Assembly (NCBI GenBank): GCA_905215695.1
Contig: CAJMQN010000006.1
Span: 60,726 to 124,725 of the forward strand
Length of the DNA stretch: 64,000 nt
Direction: 5' to 3'
From: an uncultured bacterium
Lineage (GTDB): Bacteria > Bacillota > Clostridia > Christensenellales > HGM11417
Both the position numbers and the translations under genes were made by a program. The notes under the pieces are model-generated. The model had not been told where the DNA came from and searched no databases. It saw only the letters and a list, made by a program, of their open reading frames with translations. This document shows positions 19,095 through 28,252 of the stretch, in pieces. Numbering within the stretch: position 1 is the stretch's first letter; the number at the start of each line of letters is the position of its first letter.

Positions 19095-22000
19095 TTGAAT
19101 CGAGGAAATACAGTGGATAACGAAACACAGAAAAAACAAAAGGGATCGTTTTCGACCAAGCAGGCATTCGGCATCATTCTCTTCGTTGTGTCCTTTGTCG
19201 TCATGCTGTGTTTGATTTCGGCGGGAAAGCTGTTCGGAATGCTGGGCGTGGAGATTTTTCACTTCGTGCTCGGCGCTTTCGGCTACAGCGCGTACGCGGT
19301 CTTTCTCTTTCTCATCTATCTCGGGCTGTCGATCTTTGCCGACCTCAAGCTGAAGATTAAAAAGCGCACGCTTGCCTTTCTCTTTCTGAGTCTTTTGTTT
19401 CTCATCTTCATCGTGCATATCGCGACCGCGGCGGGCAATTTTGCCTATTCCTTCGGCGAATACTCAAAGCGGTGTTTCGAGCAGGGGCTCGAAGGACTTT
19501 CCACCTCCACGTTCGGGGGGGTGGTATTCGGCTTTCCCTGCTTTTTTCTCGCAAAGATGCTCTCCGTGCCGGGGAGCTACGTTGTCTGCTCCCTTCTGCT
19601 CGTCCTGATGCTCGCGCTCCTCTTCGACGTGAAGAAGTTCTGGAACAAGCATAAGACGGACGGATTCGGAAGGACCAAGAAGGTCAAAGCGGAGGGCGTG
19701 AAGGATTACGACCTTTCGGACGTGCCCCCGGAGGAGACCCTCGAGGTCGCGCCCGTTGCGCAAAAGCTCTTTGTGGCTGACGTGGACGATTTTCTGCCCA
19801 AGCGCGGGAGAAAGAAGTCCGAGGCGCTCGACATTCTCTTAAACAATCAGACGCCCAACGCCTCCGCGGAAAAGATTACCTTCATGAACGGCAAGATGTA
19901 CACCGCGAAGGAGGACATCGCCGAGAAACTCGGCGCGGATATTTTCAAAGGGGAAACTTCGTACAGCGACGCCTATACCGATTCCCGTCCGACAAAAGAG
20001 AAGAAACAGGAGACGGTTTCCCGTCCGCCCAAGGACAGGCGTTCTTTGATTCTGACCCCGCCCGAGAACATTGACGAATACCTGCAAAACTTGAGCATTA
20101 CGCCCGAGAGCCGCAAGGCGCGGGGCGCGGAACCGCCCCGGACGGACATTGTTCCGCCCGCGCCGGGCAAGATTCAGGCGACAGACCTGCGGGGGGAGAT
20201 TCCGCCCGAAGTGCCGGAGGAGCCCCGCGAGGTCAACCGTTACGAAAATTACGCGAACGGAATCTTTATCGACAACACCGAAAAGGACCGCCGCAAGCGC
20301 GCCGCCGCGGAGCGGGCGGCAGAGGAGCCAAAACCCGCGCCCGCGGAGGAACCGCCCTTTGCGCCCGCGCCCCCCAAGGCGAACCTTTACGGCGGAAGCG
20401 CGGATATCTACGGGGACAGATTGGACGCCGTACCCGAACAGCGACCCATCATCAGTCAGCCCGCGCCAAAGGCGCAGGACCCGGCGACGCCCGATTTCGA
20501 GCGTTTGAAACCCGAACCGCAGCAGCCGCCCATCATCAGCGGGAGCACCCGTCCGGCGGAGGAGCGGAGAGAAGAACCCGTTTCTTCGGAAATCCTTTCC
20601 GACCCTCGGACGGCAAAACCCTCGCCGGAGTTCCGCTCCGACCCTCGCACGGCAAAGCCCGCAGAGGAGCGCACGCCCATTCTCTCCAATTCGGGGACGG
20701 GCGAGGTGAGTTATCACGAACAGAAGCCTGTCGATTTTGAATCCGAGGACGACCGCCCCGAGCCGAAGAGCAAATTCGACCTTGCCGGAACGTCTGCACC
20801 CGAAGAGGCGAAGATACCCGACGCGCCCGTCTATGACGATTCGACCATCGTCACGATGCCCAAGAAACCGAGAAAGTATATCTACAGCACGCCTCCCGTC
20901 GAGCTGTTGAATGATTTTTCCTTCAATCCGAACAGTGTGGAGGAGAATTTCGAGGAGCGCAAGGAAGTGATCGAGCAGACGCTCTCCAATTTCCGTATCG
21001 ACGCGAAGGTCGTCAATATCGTGCCCGGTCCTTCGGTCACGCGATACGAATTGCAGATGCCCCCGGGAATTCCTGTCAACCGCGTCATTCAGCGCGCGGA
21101 CGATCTTGCCATGGCGGTTGCGTCCTCTTCGGGCGTGCGTATCGAAGCGCCCATTCCGGGAAAGAGCCTTGTCGGTATCGAAGTGCCGAACAAGAAACGG
21201 CAGATGGTCGTTCTTCGCGACGTATTGGACAATCCCACATTCTTTGCGCATCAGTCGCCCATTGTGTTTGCATTGGGCAAGGAAATCGACGGCAAAAATA
21301 TGCTCTGCGACATCGCCAAGATGCCGCACCTGCTCGTCGCCGGTTCCACCGGAAGCGGCAAAAGCGTGTGCTTGAACGCGCTCATTCTGTCCATTCTCTT
21401 CAAGGCGAGTCCGGAGGACGTGCGGATTATCCTCATCGACCCCAAGCGCGTGGAATTCACCGTTTACGGCGGATTGCCGCACTTACTCTTAAAGGATATC
21501 ATCACGGACGTGGACAAGGCGATTTCCGCGCTGAACTGGACGGTCGGGGAGATGACCCGTCGTTTCGACCTCTTCAAGCAGGTCGGTGCAAAGGACATCA
21601 CCTCATACAATCAGCGCATCGACCGCGAGACCACCGAAAAGCTCCCGCGCATCGTCGTCATCGTGGACGAGCTCGCGGAGCTCATGGCGACCAAGGCGAA
21701 AGCGGACGTCGAACTCAAGATTCAGCGAATTACACAGCTCTCCCGCGCGGCGGGCATTCACTTGGTGCTCGCGACACAGCGTCCCTCGGTGGACGTCATT
21801 ACGGGCGTGATCAAGGCGAATCTGCCCTCGAGAATCGCCTTCCGCGTCTCCTCGCAGGTGGATTCCCGCACCATTTTGGACGCGGCGGGTGGCGAAAAAC
21901 TCCTCGGCAACGGCGATATGATCTACACCACGCCGAGCGTGCAGACGCAGATGCGCTTGCAGGGTCCCTTCGTCTCCATGGAGGAGGTCGAGGCTGTCGT

Positions 22001-22352
22001 AGACTATATCAAGACCAATAACGAGGCATACTTCGACGAACTCATCGAGCAGACCATCTCCAATGTCAAGCCCCCGCAGTCCGAAAACGAGGAGAAGGGG
22101 GGCGGCTCGGAGGAAGAGGAGGACAGCGGCGTGGACAAGATCTTTGTGGACGCCCTGCGCCTCGCGATCGAGAGCGGACAGATCTCCATTTCCATGGTAC
22201 AGCGGCGTTTCTCCGTAGGCTATGCCCGCGCGGGCAAACTCATCGACGAAATGGAGAAGATGGGCTTTGTCTCGCCCTTCGAGGGGAGCAAGCCGAGAAA
22301 GGTGCTCCTGACCATGGACGAGTTCAATCAGCGTTTCGGCGGTGACCTGTAA
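19095..22352 (+). CDS. ftsK: DNA translocase FtsK/SpoIIIE
   Basis: It has N-terminal TM segments and a low-complexity Pro/Glu/Ala linker of about 450 aa. The motor domain has Walker A GSTGSGKS and Walker B IVVIVDELA, and the gamma winged helix is QRRFSVGYARAGKLIDEME. The start is ambiguous: TTG 19095, or GTG 19113, which has a better-spaced gagga. Confidence 0.9.
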   Translation: MNRGNTVDNETQKKQKGSFSTKQAFGIILFVVSFVVMLCLISAGKLFGMLGVEIFHFVLGAFGYSAYAVFLFLIYLGLSIFADLKLKIKKRTLAFLFLSLLFLIFIVHIATAAGNFAYSFGEYSKRCFEQGLEGLSTSTFGGVVFGFPCFFLAKMLSVPGSYVVCSLLLVLMLALLFDVKKFWNKHKTDGFGRTKKVKAEGVKDYDLSDVPPEETLEVAPVAQKLFVADVDDFLPKRGRKKSEALDILLNNQTPNASAEKITFMNGKMYTAKEDIAEKLGADIFKGETSYSDAYTDSRPTKEKKQETVSRPPKDRRSLILTPPENIDEYLQNLSITPESRKARGAEPPRTDIVPPAPGKIQATDLRGEIPPEVPEEPREVNRYENYANGIFIDNTEKDRRKRAAAERAAEEPKPAPAEEPPFAPAPPKANLYGGSADIYGDRLDAVPEQRPIISQPAPKAQDPATPDFERLKPEPQQPPIISGSTRPAEERREEPVSSEILSDPRTAKPSPEFRSDPRTAKPAEERTPILSNSGTGEVSYHEQKPVDFESEDDRPEPKSKFDLAGTSAPEEAKIPDAPVYDDSTIVTMPKKPRKYIYSTPPVELLNDFSFNPNSVEENFEERKEVIEQTLSNFRIDAKVVNIVPGPSVTRYELQMPPGIPVNRVIQRADDLAMAVASSSGVRIEAPIPGKSLVGIEVPNKKRQMVVLRDVLDNPTFFAHQSPIVFALGKEIDGKNMLCDIAKMPHLLVAGSTGSGKSVCLNALILSILFKASPEDVRIILIDPKRVEFTVYGGLPHLLLKDIITDVDKAISALNWTVGEMTRRFDLFKQVGAKDITSYNQRIDRETTEKLPRIVVIVDELAELMATKAKADVELKIQRITQLSRAAGIHLVLATQRPSVDVITGVIKANLPSRIAFRVSSQVDSRTILDAAGGEKLLGNGDMIYTTPSVQTQMRLQGPFVSMEEVEAVVDYIKTNNEAYFDELIEQTISNVKPPQSENEEKGGGSEEEEDSGVDKIFVDALRLAIESGQISISMVQRRFSVGYARAGKLIDEMEKMGFVSPFEGSKPRKVLLTMDEFNQRFGGDL

Positions 22353-23698
22353 TGGACAATGTGAACCGCGTCGCCTTCGTCTCGCTGGGCTGTGACAAAA
22401 ACAGAGTGGATACCGAGTACATGCTCGGACTCCTTGCGCAAAACGGGTACAGAATCGTACAGGACCTGGACGAAGCGGATTTCGTCGTAGTCAATACCTG
22501 CGCGTTTCTGGAGACCGCCCGCGCGGAAGCAATCGACACGATTCTATCGCTGTCGGCGGGCAGACCCGCGGGGCAGAAGCTCGTGGTGTGCGGTTGTCTG
22601 CCCGAAAAGTATCTGTCCGAACTCTCCGCCGGTTTGCCGGAGGTGGACGCCTTTCTCGGAATCGAGGCGCGCGGAGACCTTTTGACCGCGCTCACCCGCC
22701 TGCGGCGGGAGAGCATGGCGGGGCGTCCCGCGCAGTCCTTTTCGATGGTGGGGAAACCGCATGAAGAGGACTTCGAGAACCGCGCGCGGGTGCTGACCAC
22801 GCCCCCGCACCTTGCCTATCTCAAGATTGCGGACGGATGTGACAACCGCTGTACCTACTGCCTGATTCCCTCGATTCGGGGAAGATACCGTTCCGTGCCC
22901 ATGGAGCGGCTTGTCGCGGAAGCGGCGGATTTGGTCGAAGAGGGGGTGACGGAACTTGTGCTCGTCGCGCAGGATTTGACCCGTTACGGCGCGGACCTGT
23001 ACGGCGCGCCCCGACTGCCCGAGCTGATCAGAGAACTCTCCCAACTCGACCTCGTATGGATTCGACTGCTCTACTGCTACCCGGAGTCCGTGACGGAGGA
23101 ACTGATTGCGGAAATTTCCCGAAATCCAAAGGTCTCCAAGTATATCGATATTCCTCTTCAGCACGTTTCGGACTCTGTCCTAAAGCGAATGGGGCGCCGC
23201 TCCTCGCGGGCGCAGATTGAAAAATTGATTCAAACGCTCCGCGCGCAGGTACCCGGCATTGCGATTCGCTCCACCTTTATCGTGGGCTTTCCGGGGGAGA
23301 CGGAGGAAAACTTTTCCGAACTTTTGGAGTTTCTCGATACATACCGTCCCGACCACGCGGGTTTCTTTGCCTATTCGGACGAAGAGGACGCGCCATCCTT
23401 CCGGCTTCCGGACAAGGTTTCGGAGGAGGTCAAAGCGGAGCGGCTCTTCCGCGCTCTCTCCCTCTGCGAGAAATTGCAGGCGGAACGCTTGGACGCGCGG
23501 GTGGGAAAGACGTATCGTGCGGTATGCGACGGCGCGGACTTCGATGCGGACTGCTTTGTGGGCAGGACGGAGAGCGAAGCGCCCGAGGTCGATACCCGGC
23601 TGATTCTCTCCGGCGAAGGCGAGATCGGGAGCGGTGCGTACTATGAGGTCGAAATCACCGGGCGGCAGGGGGACGAACTCCTCGCAAAAATTCTTTGA
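22352..23698 (+). CDS. rimO: ribosomal protein S12 methylthiotransferase RimO (MiaB-family radical SAM)
   Basis: It has a UPF0004 N-domain (VSLGCDKNRVDTEYM), a radical SAM motif CDNRCTYC and a TRAM-like C-terminus. The ftsK-rimO-pgsA-cinA-recA-rny order is typical of Clostridia. RimO versus another MiaB-family member was decided from context. Confidence 0.8.
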   Translation: MDNVNRVAFVSLGCDKNRVDTEYMLGLLAQNGYRIVQDLDEADFVVVNTCAFLETARAEAIDTILSLSAGRPAGQKLVVCGCLPEKYLSELSAGLPEVDAFLGIEARGDLLTALTRLRRESMAGRPAQSFSMVGKPHEEDFENRARVLTTPPHLAYLKIADGCDNRCTYCLIPSIRGRYRSVPMERLVAEAADLVEEGVTELVLVAQDLTRYGADLYGAPRLPELIRELSQLDLVWIRLLYCYPESVTEELIAEISRNPKVSKYIDIPLQHVSDSVLKRMGRRSSRAQIEKLIQTLRAQVPGIAIRSTFIVGFPGETEENFSELLEFLDTYRPDHAGFFAYSDEEDAPSFRLPDKVSEEVKAERLFRALSLCEKLQAERLDARVGKTYRAVCDGADFDADCFVGRTESEAPEVDTRLILSGEGEIGSGAYYEVEITGRQGDELLAKIL

Positions 23699-23708
23699 GG
23701 GTGTAAGC

Positions 23709-24284
23709 ATGAATTTACCGAACAAGATTACGATGACGAGAATCTGTCTGATTCCGGTTGTCGTCGCAGTATTCTATCTCGAGGTTATCCCATACAACCG
23801 GCTGATTGCAGCCGTGCTGTTTATCGTCACCGCGCTGACGGACTTTATCGACGGGCATCTCGCGCGCAAGCACAACCTTGTGACCAACCTCGGTAAATTC
23901 CTCGACCCGATTGCGGACAAAGTACTCGTCATCGTCATGCTCTTTCTCATCATCGAGGCGGGAATCATCCCCGCGCCCTACGGCGCGCTCGGCTGCTCGT
24001 TTATCGTGGCGCGGGAGCTTATGATCGGGGGATTCCGGCAGATTGCCGCGACCTCCAACATCGTCATCGCCGCGGACAAGACCGGCAAAATCAAGACCAT
24101 TACGCAGGACGTCTCCATCGTCGCGCTTCTGATTCTGAAGGACGCGGTCACAATCGTTCCGTGGTTCGACATCGTCGCCTACGTCATCTTCGGAATCGCA
24201 GTCGTTTTGACCGTGTATTCCGGATTCAACTATATCGTGCGCAACCGTCAGGTGCTCTTCCCGAAACGGGAGGACAAAGAATAA
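23709..24284 (+). CDS. pgsA: CDP-diacylglycerol--glycerol-3-phosphate 3-phosphatidyltransferase
   Basis: ATG at 23709 gives MNLPNKITMTRI. It has the CDP-alcohol phosphatidyltransferase motif DFIDGHLARKHNLVTNLGKFLDPIADK. Confidence 0.9.
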   Translation: MNLPNKITMTRICLIPVVVAVFYLEVIPYNRLIAAVLFIVTALTDFIDGHLARKHNLVTNLGKFLDPIADKVLVIVMLFLIIEAGIIPAPYGALGCSFIVARELMIGGFRQIAATSNIVIAADKTGKIKTITQDVSIVALLILKDAVTIVPWFDIVAYVIFGIAVVLTVYSGFNYIVRNRQVLFPKREDKE

Positions 24285-24306
24285 AATTTTTACGAGAGAG
24301 GAAACC

Positions 24307-25293
24307 GTGAACGCTGTCGTGCTCTATCAGGAAAGAGATTCGGGAATTTTTCAGGAGGATTTCCCCAAACTTCGGGGAATCTTCCGTTTCCTTACGCTGT
24401 ACGGTTTCGAATACGATTTTATTTGCAATCAACCGCCTAAGCGCGGCACGCACTACGACCTCGGTGTTGTCGTTTCGCGGGAGGAAGTGCGGGTCAAATG
24501 CGGACTCTATTTCCGGTTCGAGCGTGCGGACGAGGGAATTCCCGCCGCAATCCGCCTGCGCCTCGACGAGAAATATCCCGCCGTGCGCAGGGAGTTCAAG
24601 CTCTTCGGGCTTGCGCCCGAGGAAGCCTCCGCACTTGTCGGGGGAATCCCGCGCCCCGCGGACCTTTCCGTTACTTATCTGACCGAGCATCGGGACACCG
24701 CGGTCTATGCGCGGAGCGAAAACCCCGCGTCCGTGGAGCAATTCACTCTCATGCTCTACCAAAAGGCGGGCGAGGCGGTCTATTCGGATCGGGACGAGTC
24801 CCTCGAATCCTGCGCGCTCGAGCTTTTGCGCCTGCGCAAAAAGCGGGTTTGTGTGTCCGAGTCTTTGACCGGCGGACTGATTTCGGACCGGATTGTGCGC
24901 CTGCCCGGGGCGAGCGAGGTCTTTTTTGAGGGCATGGTCACCTATCACAACGATTCCAAGGCGGCGCGGCTCGGGGTGGAGGAGCGCACGCTCCGAAACT
25001 TCGGCGCGGTCTCCGAGGGAACCGCCTACGAGATGTGCCGGGGACTCATGGCGACGGGAAAAGCGGACTACGCGCTCTCGACGACGGGAATCGCCGGACC
25101 GGGTGGCGGAACCAACTTAAAGCCCGTGGGCACCGTGTTCATCGGCGTGGCGAACGCGGAGAATATCGTGGTCTTCAAGCACTGTTTCGCGGGAACGCGG
25201 GACGAGGTGCGACAGCTTTCGGCGTCCTATGCGCTTTGGTATCTCATCCGGCGCATTCAGAACAATTTGGACTATTACACGATCGTAAAATGA
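24307..25293 (+). CDS. cinA: CinA-like protein: C-terminal CinA/PncC (nicotinamide-nucleotide amidase-type) domain with an atypical N-terminal half
   Basis: GTG at 24307 follows gagagagg. The C-terminal roughly 160 aa carry [43 protein letters not shown] saw no canonical MoCF-type N-domain motifs. It sits directly upstream of recA. Confidence 0.75.
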   Translation: MNAVVLYQERDSGIFQEDFPKLRGIFRFLTLYGFEYDFICNQPPKRGTHYDLGVVVSREEVRVKCGLYFRFERADEGIPAAIRLRLDEKYPAVRREFKLFGLAPEEASALVGGIPRPADLSVTYLTEHRDTAVYARSENPASVEQFTLMLYQKAGEAVYSDRDESLESCALELLRLRKKRVCVSESLTGGLISDRIVRLPGASEVFFEGMVTYHNDSKAARLGVEERTLRNFGAVSEGTAYEMCRGLMATGKADYALSTTGIAGPGGGTNLKPVGTVFIGVANAENIVVFKHCFAGTRDEVRQLSASYALWYLIRRIQNNLDYYTIVK

Positions 25294-25310
25294 GTAAGGA
25301 GAATTCACAT

Positions 25311-26342
25311 ATGGCAGACGACAACAGGAAAAAGGCGCTCGATCAGGCGATCGCGCAGATCGAAAAGCAGTACGGCAAGGGCTCGATTATGAAGATGGGC
25401 GCGGGCGCGGCGAAGGACGTGGACGTGATTCCGACGGGCTGTCTCGCGCTCGACATTGCGCTCGGCATCGGCGGCGTGCCCCGCGGAAGGATTATCGAAA
25501 TCTACGGACCGGAGTCCTCGGGCAAGACGACGGTTTCCCTGCACGTGGTCGCGGAGGCGCAGAAGATGGGCGGTACGGCGGCGTTTATCGACGCGGAGCA
25601 CGCGCTCGACCCGATTTACGCAAAAAAACTCGGCGTCAATCTCGACGAACTCTACGTCTCCCAGCCGGACAACGGCGAGCAAGGGCTCGATATTGTGGAC
25701 TCCTTGGTGCGGAGCGGCGCTGTGGATATCGTGGTCGTGGACTCGGTCGCGGCGCTCACGCCGAAGGCGGAAATCGACGGGGAAATGGGGGATTCGCACG
25801 TGGGACTTCAGGCGCGGCTCATGAGTCAGGCGCTCCGCAAGATTGCGGGTATCGCGAGCAAATCCAACACCTGTATCATCTTTATCAATCAGCTCCGCGA
25901 AAAAATCGGCGTCATGTTCGGCAATCCCGAGACGACGACGGGCGGAAAGGCGCTCAAGTTCTATGCCTCCGTGCGCATGGATGTGCGCAAGATCGAGACA
26001 CTCAAGGACGGCACCGAAATGGTCGGAAACCGCACCCGTGTCAAAGTGGTCAAGAACAAGCTTGCCCCCCCCTTCAAGACAGCGGAGTTCGACATCATGT
26101 ATGGCGAGGGCGTCTCGCAGGCGGGGTGTATTTTAGACCTTGCCATCGGCGCGGACATCATCGAAAAGAGCGGTTCGTGGTTCAGCTACAAGGGCGAGAA
26201 AATCGGACAGGGCAAGGAGAACGTCAAGAAATTTATTTCGGAGCGTCCCGAACTCTGCGCAGAGCTCGAGGCACAGATCAAGGAAAAGTACAAAAAAGAG
26301 GACGAAGTGGGCGGAGAGCCCGCAAAATCCGAGGAAAAATGA
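25311..26342 (+). CDS. recA: recombinase RecA
   Basis: ATG at 25311 sits 7 nt after aaggaga. The product [27 protein letters not shown] has Walker [19 protein letters not shown] and L2 loop sequences. The track start at 25035 overlaps cinA and was rejected. Confidence 0.97.
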   Translation: MADDNRKKALDQAIAQIEKQYGKGSIMKMGAGAAKDVDVIPTGCLALDIALGIGGVPRGRIIEIYGPESSGKTTVSLHVVAEAQKMGGTAAFIDAEHALDPIYAKKLGVNLDELYVSQPDNGEQGLDIVDSLVRSGAVDIVVVDSVAALTPKAEIDGEMGDSHVGLQARLMSQALRKIAGIASKSNTCIIFINQLREKIGVMFGNPETTTGGKALKFYASVRMDVRKIETLKDGTEMVGNRTRVKVVKNKLAPPFKTAEFDIMYGEGVSQAGCILDLAIGADIIEKSGSWFSYKGEKIGQGKENVKKFISERPELCAELEAQIKEKYKKEDEVGGEPAKSEEK

Positions 26343-26347
26343 AATCT

Positions 26348-26372
26348 GCCGCCCACTTCGGGCGGCTTTTTT
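26348..26372 (+). terminator. intrinsic terminator after recA
   Basis: gccgccc, loop acttc, gggcggc, followed by tttttt. Confidence 0.75.
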
Positions 26373-26401
26373 CCTGTTTTTAGGGAAATGTGCTCCCGCA
26401 C

Positions 26402-26430
26402 TTGACAGAAAGACAAAATTTGTGTAAAAT
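26402..26430 (+). promoter_or_regulatory. candidate sigma-A promoter for rny
   Basis: ttgaca (26402-26407), a 17-nt spacer ending in tgtg, then taaaat (26425-26430). Confidence 0.5.
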
Positions 26431-26521
26431 AATCTTGTTATCTAATGAATCAAAATCATTAAATATCCGACGGCGCTTTTGCTGCCGACTTGAAAAATCA
26501 AAAGTGAATAGGAGGACATGT

Positions 26522-28114
26522 ATGTTAAGCAATTTGATGGTGTCCGCGGTTGGTGCAGGATTCATCGGAGCAGCTGTTGCCCTTGTTGCCGGCGCGGTTG
26601 CTACTTGGGTGTTTTTTTCTGTGAAAAAGAAAAAGGCAAAAAAGACGGTGGAGACGGCGAAGGAAATCGCGGATCGGCTGATCGAGGAAGCCAAACTCGA
26701 CTGCAAAAATATGAGGAAGGAGGCGTCCATCGAGGCCAAGGAAGAGATCCACAAATTGCGAATCGAATTTGACAAGGAATCGAGAGAGAGACGCGCCGAA
26801 ATCACGAAATCCGAACAGCGGATTTTGCAGAGAGAGGACCTTTTGGACAAGAAGGAACTTCAGCTCGACAAGAAGTCCGAGCAGGTCGATCAACAGCTCA
26901 AGAACCTTCAGAAGAAGGAGGCGGAGACCGACCGCAAGGCGCAGGACGTTCAGCAGGCGCATGAGAAGATGCTCGCGGAGCTTGAAAAGGTGTCGCAGAT
27001 GACCCGGGACGAGGCGAAACAGATTCTCGTGGACGGCATGAAACTCGACGCGCAGAAGGACGCGGCGGTTCTCGTCCGCGAAATCGAGTCCGAGGCGAAA
27101 CAGTCCGCGGACAAGAAGGCGAAAGAGATTGTGACGCTCGCCATTCAGAAGTGCGCGGCGGACCATGCGAGCGAGGTGACCGTTTCGGTCGTTCCGCTCC
27201 CCAATGACGACATGAAGGGTCGAATCATCGGCAGAGAAGGCAGAAACATCCGCGCGCTCGAGAATGCGACGGGTATCGACCTCATCATCGACGACACGCC
27301 CGAAGTCGTTATTTTGTCCGGCTTTGACCCGATTCGGAGAGAGGTCGCGAGGGTCGCCCTCGAAAAGCTCATTGTGGACGGACGGATTCATCCGGCGCGC
27401 ATCGAGGAAATCGTGGAGAAGGTCAAGCGCGATCTCGAGAATCAGATCAAGGAGGCAGGCGAAGCCGCCGCGTTCGACGCAGGCGTCTATGGACTGCACC
27501 CGGAGATTATCAAACTTCTCGGACGTTTAAAATTTCGGACAAGCTACGGTCAGAACGTCTTAAAGCACTCTTTGGAAGTCGCGTTTCTCGCGGCGACCAT
27601 GGCGGGCGAGCTGGGCGCGGACGTCGCGCTCGCAAAGCGCGCGGGGCTTTTGCATGACATCGGCAAGGCTGTGGACTTCGAGGTGGAGGGAACGCACATT
27701 CAGATCGGCGCCGACCTCGCGAAGAAGTACCGCGAGAACAAGGACGTCGTCAACGCCATTATGGCGCACCACGGGGATGTAGAGCCTCTGACTTTGGAGG
27801 CGGTATTGGTGCAGGCGGCGGACGCGATCTCGGGCGCAAGACCGGGCGCGCGCAGAGAATCTCTGGACAATTACGTCAAACGGCTCGAAAAACTTGAGGA
27901 GATTGCAAATTCGTTTGCAGGGGTTGAAAAATCCTTTGCGATTCAGGCGGGACGCGAAGTCCGCATCATCGTCAAACCCGACGCGGTGGACGACGCGGGC
28001 GCGGTCTTTATGGCAAAGGAAATCGCGAAGAAGATTGAATCCGAACTTGAATATCCCGGCATGATTAAGGTCAATGTCATTCGGGAATTCCGGGGAACGG
28101 AATTCGCAAAGTAA
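26522..28114 (+). CDS. rny: ribonuclease Y
   Basis: ATG at 26522 follows aggagg. It has an N-terminal TM segment, a Lys/Glu-rich coiled coil, a KH domain ([15 protein letters not shown]) and an HD domain ([10 protein letters not shown]). Confidence 0.95.
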   Translation: MLSNLMVSAVGAGFIGAAVALVAGAVATWVFFSVKKKKAKKTVETAKEIADRLIEEAKLDCKNMRKEASIEAKEEIHKLRIEFDKESRERRAEITKSEQRILQREDLLDKKELQLDKKSEQVDQQLKNLQKKEAETDRKAQDVQQAHEKMLAELEKVSQMTRDEAKQILVDGMKLDAQKDAAVLVREIESEAKQSADKKAKEIVTLAIQKCAADHASEVTVSVVPLPNDDMKGRIIGREGRNIRALENATGIDLIIDDTPEVVILSGFDPIRREVARVALEKLIVDGRIHPARIEEIVEKVKRDLENQIKEAGEAAAFDAGVYGLHPEIIKLLGRLKFRTSYGQNVLKHSLEVAFLAATMAGELGADVALAKRAGLLHDIGKAVDFEVEGTHIQIGADLAKKYRENKDVVNAIMAHHGDVEPLTLEAVLVQAADAISGARPGARRESLDNYVKRLEKLEEIANSFAGVEKSFAIQAGREVRIIVKPDAVDDAGAVFMAKEIAKKIESELEYPGMIKVNVIREFRGTEFAK

Positions 28115-28122
28115 CAGAATCG

Positions 28123-28156
28123 GAGAGGAACGAGAAAATCGTTCCTCTCTTTTTTT
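28123..28156 (+). terminator. intrinsic terminator after rny
   Basis: A 10-bp stem gagaggaacg/cgttcctctc, loop agaaaat, then ttttttt. Confidence 0.75.
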
Positions 28157-28252
28157 GTGCAAAAAAACCGTCTTTTTTTGCAAATGAAAACCGCGACAGG
28201 GCGCGGCGTTTTGTGGTACAATAGGAACAACGATAAGAGCGAGGTGCTTTTT

